DNA of 51,753 bases from a virus (taxonomy: Duplodnaviria; Caudoviricetes): IMG/VR virus record IMGVR_UViG_3300009095_000018, positions 1 to 51,753 of that record; one strand, 5' to 3'. The notes below the pieces were generated by a model. It made no database searches. It saw nothing but the letters and a program-made list of their open reading frames with translations, and was not told the DNA's origin. This document shows positions 45,874-51,753 of the stretch, piece by piece. Both the position numbers and the translations under genes were made by a program. How positions within the stretch are numbered: position 1 is the stretch's first letter; each line of letters starts with the position of its first letter.

Positions 45874-46893
45874 CTAGTACTTGCGATCCTGCAGTTCGAT
45901 GAGGTTCGAACGGGCTTCGTCGAACTCGTCATCGGTGAGGATGCTTGACTTCTTGTCGGTCATGAGGTCGTGAGCAAAGACGACTAGGGGCGAGTCTCCT
46001 CGTACTCCGGCGTCCATCTCGTCGACGATGGCTCCGTAACCCTTACCGCGAAGAGCTCCGAACAGACCCTTAGCTCGATCATCATCCCAGGAGCCACCAC
46101 TCAACTCCTGATACACCTTAAGGACATCACTGTCTTCGACGATGCTGCTGGCGTCCTTGCCCGAAAGGACTCCCTTGAAGACCTCGAGCACCGTTCCGAG
46201 GTTCGGTACTTTGATCTCTTCTTTGGACTGGAACGTCACATGGCGGAAGTCCTCGGACTTTGCATCACTGCCGACGATTAGACCCTTCTCGTCCTGGAAC
46301 TGGGTCAGGTATCGGTTGTAGTCCTCGCGTGAATGCGTGGAGTAAGTCGCCCCTCTGAATGACGTCTCGTCCGAGAGAGAAATTCGGTGGAAGGTATGTC
46401 CAGCCGGGAGCGAGAACTCCTTTCGATCGAAGGCCTGCCGAGTCATGAAGTCGTCTTTGGCCCAGGTTTCATACTTGGAGTGCTCGACATGCTTCAAGAA
46501 CTTGTCAGCATCGATCGGCTTCCCGGCACTGTTCTTGATCGATCGCTCGATCTTCTTGCGCGAAATATGCTCGGCAAGTACCAGCCCCGCAAAGATGCCT
46601 CCGTAGACGGCAGCCGTGGCTATCGTGGCTTTGTTATCCGAGATGTACTTACGTACTTTTCCCGGTTCCTTCTTACCGCCCTCCACGAGCTTTGCCCGGG
46701 ACTTCTCCTCGTTCTTGAGAAGATTGTCGGCGGCTTCCTTGGTCGTTGCGGGTTCCTTGGGCTTATGAGCTTTTCGGAACCGTTCTGTCAAGGATCTCGA
46801 TCGGCCTTCGCCGGTCTCGTCGTCCTTTCGGACGCCCCACTTCATGCCCTTAACACCATAGTGAACGAGTTCGTCGGTGCTTATGAGTGTCAC
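45874..46893 (-). CDS. HYGVKGMKWGVRK-motif protein with a hydrophobic helix and an uncharacterised (possibly ART-like) C-terminal domain
   Basis: Motif at 46828-46863; helix ATAAVYGGIFAGLVLA; FHRIS/TYSTH/GYGAIVD blocks. Confidence 0.7.
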   Translation of the reverse strand: MTLISTDELVHYGVKGMKWGVRKDDETGEGRSRSLTERFRKAHKPKEPATTKEAADNLLKNEEKSRAKLVEGGKKEPGKVRKYISDNKATIATAAVYGGIFAGLVLAEHISRKKIERSIKNSAGKPIDADKFLKHVEHSKYETWAKDDFMTRQAFDRKEFSLPAGHTFHRISLSDETSFRGATYSTHSREDYNRYLTQFQDEKGLIVGSDAKSEDFRHVTFQSKEEIKVPNLGTVLEVFKGVLSGKDASSIVEDSDVLKVYQELSGGSWDDDRAKGLFGALRGKGYGAIVDEMDAGVRGDSPLVVFAHDLMTDKKSSILTDDEFDEARSNLIELQDRKY

Positions 46894-46904
46894 CTCCCCT
46901 CCCT

Positions 46905-48650
46905 CTACTCGAACTGTTCCTTGTTGAGCTTGTAGGCGATGAAGGCATCCATCATCGCAGCAACATTGTCGATCTTGGCATCCTGACGCTTCTTCAGAAG
47001 CTTTCGGTTACCGTTGGTGTCTTCCATCGTGATGGCATTGCCCATGGCGAATGTCATCAGAGCTTGATCAAATATGAGCAATCGTTCGCCACTCAGAGCC
47101 TTCAATTCCCCAAGTGGGACGGACTCTGTCTTAGCCCCCTGAATCACTTTCTCGATGCCGTAAGGCCCATTCTCCGCTTCCCAGCGGGTCACAAACTCCT
47201 TAGCATTGTAGGGGTCGAAACCAAGTGCGCGCACGTCATAGTTACTATCCTGAATATGAGAATCCAGGTCATCATAAACCTCCATCATGTCGAGGATGGT
47301 TCCCTCGAGTACGTGAAGGCTGCCCTCGTTTATGAACTCGTCGTACTTGCGGCGCATGGCGCCGGGAAGCTTTAGCAATGTTAGTGATGTAATATAACTT
47401 CGAGTCTTTACCCCAAATCCCCCGCCTCGCAGCGGGAAGAGGAATGTGAACGCGCAGAAGTCGTCACCCTGAGAGAGGTCCGCTCCAAGAGCGCAAGGCA
47501 TTCCCCAGAAGGTTCGAGGATGATGAGGAAGAGTCTCTTCGTAAGTGAAGAAGTACGTATAGCCCTCCATCGGAATCCCGAAACGCTTCGCCAGAATATC
47601 GTTACGGGCGGCCGGAGCCTTCTCAGCTCGTTCAACGTCGAGTTGGTAGGTGTCATAGGTGACGGTCTTCCCGAGATTGGGATTGGCCTTCAACCACATC
47701 GCCGGGTTTCCGACCTCTTCCAGCTCATCCAATCGGTAGTGCCAAATCGAAACGTGGGGCGCCTGATACTCGCCCTTTAGAATATCGGCAAGCTCAAGCT
47801 TGATGGTATCTCCGCTGCCGTTTCGAACAGTTCCCTCTGAACTGACAGCCACGATGAGATAGTCGTCGAGCTTTGAGGAACCCTGTTCGATGGCGCCGAT
47901 GACATCTTCTCTTAGGTCGCCAGACAACCACTCATCAACGGTTGCTACCTTGGTTCTAAGACCCTGGAGCTTGTTGATGGTCATCGGGCGGACCTCGAGC
48001 ATCGAGCCTGTGAGGAAGTTCTCGATGCCTTTCTTGGTCGCAGCTAGCTTGACGCGATTGGCTTTGGAGCCCGTGGTGTTCTGAAGCGACCCTTCAGTCA
48101 TGAACGCGAACAGAGGTCCTCGACTTCGCGTGATCGCGGTCCGAATTGGCTGCATGACCTCTTCGGCCTGCTTCATCGTTGGAGCCGTTGTGATCTGATG
48201 GGTCGTCGATGTGTCGACGTTCAGAAAATAGCTCTGCAAACAAGACTCGTATAGCGACTTCGCGGCGCCTCGCGCGACGATGAGGTATTGCTTGGTCGTC
48301 AGACGCTTCTTGATCACCTTGTCGACGTACTTACCGCCTCGTTTGTCCGGGTCGGGCTCATAGACGCTTCGGTTGATGAAGTAGTACCAACAAAATATCT
48401 GCTCAGCCCAAAGTTTGAACGAATCTAGCAGGTGTAGGTCGCTGCCGTCGGTGAGTGTTAGCTCCTTCTCGCAGTAGAGGATGAAACCTTCAACCGGGTC
48501 GGGGTCGTAGTAGATGTTCGGGTTGGCGATGAGCGCATCGATTCGGTTCATCTCCAAGGAGATTTCCCGGTTGACGGGAATATCGCCTCGCATCACTGCT
48601 TCACGGAACTTGCCGTAGTAGTGTGGCGTCTCCGTGTTCGACAAAACCAT
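46905..48650 (-). CDS. terminase large subunit
   Basis: VARGAAKS Walker A, ATVDEW Walker B, KANPNLG, GADLS..DD nuclease, FDPYNA, KIDNVAAMMDA. Confidence 0.92.
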   Translation of the reverse strand: MVLSNTETPHYYGKFREAVMRGDIPVNREISLEMNRIDALIANPNIYYDPDPVEGFILYCEKELTLTDGSDLHLLDSFKLWAEQIFCWYYFINRSVYEPDPDKRGGKYVDKVIKKRLTTKQYLIVARGAAKSLYESCLQSYFLNVDTSTTHQITTAPTMKQAEEVMQPIRTAITRSRGPLFAFMTEGSLQNTTGSKANRVKLAATKKGIENFLTGSMLEVRPMTINKLQGLRTKVATVDEWLSGDLREDVIGAIEQGSSKLDDYLIVAVSSEGTVRNGSGDTIKLELADILKGEYQAPHVSIWHYRLDELEEVGNPAMWLKANPNLGKTVTYDTYQLDVERAEKAPAARNDILAKRFGIPMEGYTYFFTYEETLPHHPRTFWGMPCALGADLSQGDDFCAFTFLFPLRGGGFGVKTRSYITSLTLLKLPGAMRRKYDEFINEGSLHVLEGTILDMMEVYDDLDSHIQDSNYDVRALGFDPYNAKEFVTRWEAENGPYGIEKVIQGAKTESVPLGELKALSGERLLIFDQALMTFAMGNAITMEDTNGNRKLLKKRQDAKIDNVAAMMDAFIAYKLNKEQFE

Positions 48651-48665
48651 CGTCTACCCTCCTTT

Positions 48666-49211
48666 CTACTCTTCATCTCCCCGGTCGGGTCTTTGATTTC
48701 GTTCCTGGGCGATGTTTCGGGCGACGACACCGGCACCGGCTGCGACAGCGGCAGAAGTTCCACCAGTCAGGTAAGCGGCGCCTGCCGACAGCGCTGTACC
48801 AACGCCAGTTTTGACAGCCTGTCCCGTCGGGGTGTCGAGGAACTTTCGAACCTTCTCGATGGTGTCGCCATAGGCGAGCGCCTTCTTGACGGCGTCATGC
48901 CCCTTGTCGGCTTTCGACTTCTGCGGAGATCCTGGGGCGGAAGATGCTATGGAACGGTACTGGCGTTCCAGATTCATCCGAGTCAGCAGACCCTGGAGTT
49001 CCTGGTTGCTGAGCGCCTGGGTGCCGCCTTCGTCGATCTTGCGCTGGGCGTTCATCGCGGCCTTGAAGTCGGCCGAGGCCTTCGGGGCTGGTCGGGAGGT
49101 TCCTCCGCCGTTCGCCCGAGCAAGTTCTTCTTCGGAACGACGCACCCCCCACTTCATGCCCTTGACCCCGTAGTGACTCAGGCTGCCGGAAGTGATTCCG
49201 GGTCGGTCCAC
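48666..49211 (-). CDS. HYGVKGMKWGVRR-motif protein with Gly/Ala-rich hydrophobic C-terminus (~181 aa, GTG start)
   Basis: Motif at 49140-49175; LSNQELQ..L.RMNLERQY; GGAGGA RBS before GTG 49211. Confidence 0.75.
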   Translation of the reverse strand: MDRPGITSGSLSHYGVKGMKWGVRRSEEELARANGGGTSRPAPKASADFKAAMNAQRKIDEGGTQALSNQELQGLLTRMNLERQYRSIASSAPGSPQKSKADKGHDAVKKALAYGDTIEKVRKFLDTPTGQAVKTGVGTALSAGAAYLTGGTSAAVAAGAGVVARNIAQERNQRPDRGDEE

Positions 49212-49549
49212 TGTTCCTCCTCTCTCTGTACGTTGAGACGCCACTCGAACTCAGCGATCTGCTTGGTCATGGAATCGATGACGAACGATGTGCTGGGCGG
49301 ATCGAAGACGAGACGAACCCGAAGGTAGACGTACATCTTCACCATGTTGAGGCGAGGATCGCCTCCGACGAAGTCCTCCCACGTTGCCGTGGAGTCCTCG
49401 ATCATGAACCCGCTACTAGGGCCTATGCCGACTTGAGTGAGGACCGATAGGACACCGTTGATGTGCGTCATCAGGTCCAAGTCGAAGGAAGTGTCAGCCT
49501 CGAGAAGGCCGATGATCTTCTTAGTTGTGTTTAGAATGCTCTGTGGCAC
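49178..49549 (-). CDS. putative head-tail adaptor/connector (123 aa, GTG start)
   Basis: SIL..TKK..G, FD.DL..HIN.V...L.Q.G.G, Y.YLRVRL.FDPP, E.EWRL pattern; GAGGAGG RBS. Confidence 0.6.
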   Translation of the reverse strand: MPQSILNTTKKIIGLLEADTSFDLDLMTHINGVLSVLTQVGIGPSSGFMIEDSTATWEDFVGGDPRLNMVKMYVYLRVRLVFDPPSTSFVIDSMTKQIAEFEWRLNVQREEEQWTDPESLPAA

Positions 49550-49578
49550 GCAGGAGAACCTCCTCTCATTTTGACGGA

Positions 49579-50445
49579 TTAGACCCGGCGGTTGACCTCG
49601 GCCTGTACGGCGGCGTAGTTGTAACCAGCCTTCGTCAGGCGGGACTTGCGCTCGCCCCCATTGCCCCACTCACCTCGAATGACCTGGGCGGCGATCTGGG
49701 CGTTGGTGAGCTTGGGCTTTGTCTCGCCCTTGGGCGTAAGGACTCGATTGACCTCGCGCTGAACTGCGGCGGCGTCGTAACCGGCCTTCTTCAGACGGGA
49801 TACGCGGTCAGAACCATTGCCCCACTTGCCTGCGATGACCTCATCGGCAATCTGTCGGACGGACTTCTTGGAGACCGGGTCACCACCCATGATCCGGTTG
49901 ACCTCGCGCTGGACAGTTGACGGGTTGTACCCCTCGGCGCGGAGCTTCCACTCACGCTGGGGATTGTTACCGTACTCGCCCCGGATGACTGCCTTAGCCA
50001 CCTCTGTGACGGTCTTCTTGTTGGGGGTGGAGGGGCGCGGGGAGGAGGGGGAGGGCTTCTGATAGCTTCCCGAGAAGAACAGGGCGTGGACGTGGTCCTT
50101 GTGATTCGCCGTGGTGTTCCCCCGGTCGGACATGCCGCGAACAACACCAGGGCTGGTGACAGTCGAGGTGATCTTCTGGTACCAAATGACATGCTGGAGC
50201 CGGAGTCGCTTGCGGTTCTTCCAAATATAGTTCCGAACCCAATCACCGGCGGCCTTGTTGCGGACCATGAAGTCCAGGGCCCGTCCACTGTGGTGCTCGG
50301 TGTTGCTCGCGTTGTTGTCGTACCCCCACATGTACCAGACGTCATGTCCGGCTTCCTGAGCGGCATCAAAGACCTCTCGGGAAATGGACTTGGTGGCATT
50401 CTTGATGGGGCCGAGCTTGGCGCTAGCGTGCGCGTAGGTGGTCAT
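49579..50445 (-). CDS. endolysin: N-terminal Zn-peptidase-like domain plus three Cpl-7 (CW_7) cell-wall-binding repeats
   Basis: EHHSGRALDF...HKDHVH; three VI.G.(W/Y)GN...R...L..AGY....VQ.EVNR repeats. Confidence 0.85.
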   Translation of the reverse strand: MTTYAHASAKLGPIKNATKSISREVFDAAQEAGHDVWYMWGYDNNASNTEHHSGRALDFMVRNKAAGDWVRNYIWKNRKRLRLQHVIWYQKITSTVTSPGVVRGMSDRGNTTANHKDHVHALFFSGSYQKPSPSSPRPSTPNKKTVTEVAKAVIRGEYGNNPQREWKLRAEGYNPSTVQREVNRIMGGDPVSKKSVRQIADEVIAGKWGNGSDRVSRLKKAGYDAAAVQREVNRVLTPKGETKPKLTNAQIAAQVIRGEWGNGGERKSRLTKAGYNYAAVQAEVNRRV

Positions 50446-50573
50446 GCTTCGTTCTCCTCGGCGTCGAAGTCAGCCGCGCTCTCCTCGGAGAGAACGGTGT
50501 CGGCCAGTTCGTCCTCGCTGACGTCGTCGAGCGGCGGGCAGGGCCCGGTGGGATCGGTCTTCTTGGTGGCCAT
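50442..50573 (-). CDS. 43-aa acidic peptide MATKKTDPTGPCPPLDD... (not in ORF track)
   Basis: AGGAG RBS; ATGA coupling to the endolysin. Confidence 0.6.
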   Translation of the reverse strand: MATKKTDPTGPCPPLDDVSEDELADTVLSEESAADFDAEENEA

Positions 50574-50588
50574 CTGTTCTCCTAGATA

Positions 50589-50855
50589 TCAGACGGAGGG
50601 AGGCGAAGCGAGGTAGACGCCGGTCACGGAATGCATCGTCCGGACCTCGGAAGTTCCCGAAGAAACCACCGAGGGCTTCGTGTTCTGGTTGTTGTAGGAA
50701 ATGGATTCCCCGACGGAAAGGCGGATGCCGTTCGCCGTGGTCACGGCGGCAACACCGTCCGCCGTCTGGCCGACATAGAGATCGTCGGGGCCGAGGTTCT
50801 GGATCAACTGAGATCCTGCATTGAGAATGACAGGGGTGGTTGTCACAGTGGACAT
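50589..50855 (-). CDS. hypothetical protein (88 aa from MSTVTTTP), beta-rich
   Basis: IQNLG...LYVG......VT..NG.RL..GE pattern; GGAAGG RBS. Confidence 0.65.
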   Translation of the reverse strand: MSTVTTTPVILNAGSQLIQNLGPDDLYVGQTADGVAAVTTANGIRLSVGESISYNNQNTKPSVVSSGTSEVRTMHSVTGVYLASPPSV

Positions 50856-50871
50856 TGGATTGAAAACCTTC

Positions 50872-51279
50872 CTACCAGAGTTTCGTGTCGCCGGGCTGTC
50901 GGACAATGAGCGGACGGGGAAGTAGTCTCTCGTCGCCGTAGTGGATGGCGTTGTGCGTTCGGTGAGTAACCGTGATCAGGTTGTCCGGATCGACGAGACA
51001 GGGGTCTCCGGATTCGAGTTGCTGGAGAGTGATGGGATTGATGTGATGGATATAGACCCGGTCGTGGATCTCATAGCCCTCGATCCCAAGATCGCAGCCT
51101 TCGTCTCGGACGATGATCCTGTCTCGAGCTTGGCGCCACTCTCGTGAGGTGTAGAAGCCTTGGTTGACCCAGCGGTCGAAACCGAAGGTTGCTTGACCCA
51201 CGTTCCCTCGAAGAGCGAGGTAGCGAAAACGTTCGGCGAACGTAGTCAGCTTACGAAGCTCTCGGTAACTCCTATTCAT
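50872..51279 (-). CDS. HNH endonuclease (packaging-associated)
   Basis: FYTSREW...R..II.RD.GC, IHHINPI, NLITV...THNAIH. Confidence 0.85.
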   Translation of the reverse strand: MNRSYRELRKLTTFAERFRYLALRGNVGQATFGFDRWVNQGFYTSREWRQARDRIIVRDEGCDLGIEGYEIHDRVYIHHINPITLQQLESGDPCLVDPDNLITVTHRTHNAIHYGDERLLPRPLIVRQPGDTKLW

Positions 51280-51616
51280 CGGGCTGCTCGAACGGTTGTT
51301 GACCGGAATAAGCCCGCATGGCGCTGATCGCGTTGGTGTACAGTTCCTCGATCCGCTGCTGAGACTCGTAGGCCTCGCGCTTGACCTTGAGCAGTTCGTT
51401 CTCGTGTCGAAGACGCTCCTGCTCGAGGATCTCTCGGGTCGAGCCTAGCTTCAAAAAATGGGTGATCACCTGGGCCGAGGCTGTACCGTCCTCCAACTGC
51501 TGTTCGGCAAGCCTGGCGGCCTTCGAGATGAGCTGACTCTCCCGAGCCTCGGGAGTTGTGGCCGGTTTACGACGACTCGGTCTGGGTTGCGGATCGCTTT
51601 GTCGGCGAGCTGGCAC
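51272..51616 (-). CDS. first gene; candidate terminase small subunit
   Basis: Basic N-terminus plus coiled-coil; position at the genome end before HNH; AAAGGAG RBS. Confidence 0.45.
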   Translation of the reverse strand: MPARRQSDPQPRPSRRKPATTPEARESQLISKAARLAEQQLEDGTASAQVITHFLKLGSTREILEQERLRHENELLKVKREAYESQQRIEELYTNAISAMRAYSGQQPFEQPDE

Positions 51617-51753
51617 GATTTCAACTCCTTTCGGTAGGGTTCATGTCGAGAAAGTTAGACCTCTGGAACCAGAATTGTTTTCCCAAAACTACCCCCGGGG
51701 AATTCCAGGGGTGAAAAAGTCTGTCGGAAAGTTCCCCCGGAGGAAAAATATGG

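Noticed and set aside
1-51753. Integrase, repressor, tRNA or rRNA genes
   Set aside because: No recombinase catalytic motifs, no divergent immunity region and no cloverleaf recognised by eye; a tRNAscan/Infernal run would be needed to exclude small RNAs

Overview
The window looks like an essentially complete ~51.8 kb, GC-rich, tailed (siphovirus-type) actinobacteriophage genome shown in reverse. Every credible gene lies on the minus strand, and the many long plus-strand ORFs are antisense shadows. Read right to left, the order is: packaging/lysis (HNH, Cpl-7 endolysin, terminase); head (portal, protease-capsid fusion); tail (two major-tail paralogs, tape measure, minor tails); holins; an array of small promoter-ORF-terminator cassettes; replication genes (a 1333-aa helicase-primase-polymerase fusion, a SLOG-SSB fusion, an SF2 helicase); an AT-rich iteron-like region; nucleases; and a 930-aa protein with double-psi-beta-barrel RNA polymerase motifs (DFDGD). 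I found no integrase, repressor, tRNA or CRISPR array. The architecture resembles Streptomyces/Arthrobacter/Rhodococcus lytic siphophages (inference). The most interesting candidate system has three parts: (i) a single-chain two-barrel RNAP with HTH domains; (ii) nine copies of a 33-bp promoter-like motif, each heading a swappable small-gene cassette, eight of which end in a shared hairpin; (iii) an H-Y-G..W-G tag shared by the RNAP and three head-region proteins, preceded by a [LI]xH motif that also recurs in the capsid-protease linker. Together these suggest protease-processed, virion-packaged cargo that includes the RNAP. All family assignments come from motif recognition by eye; no searches were run.
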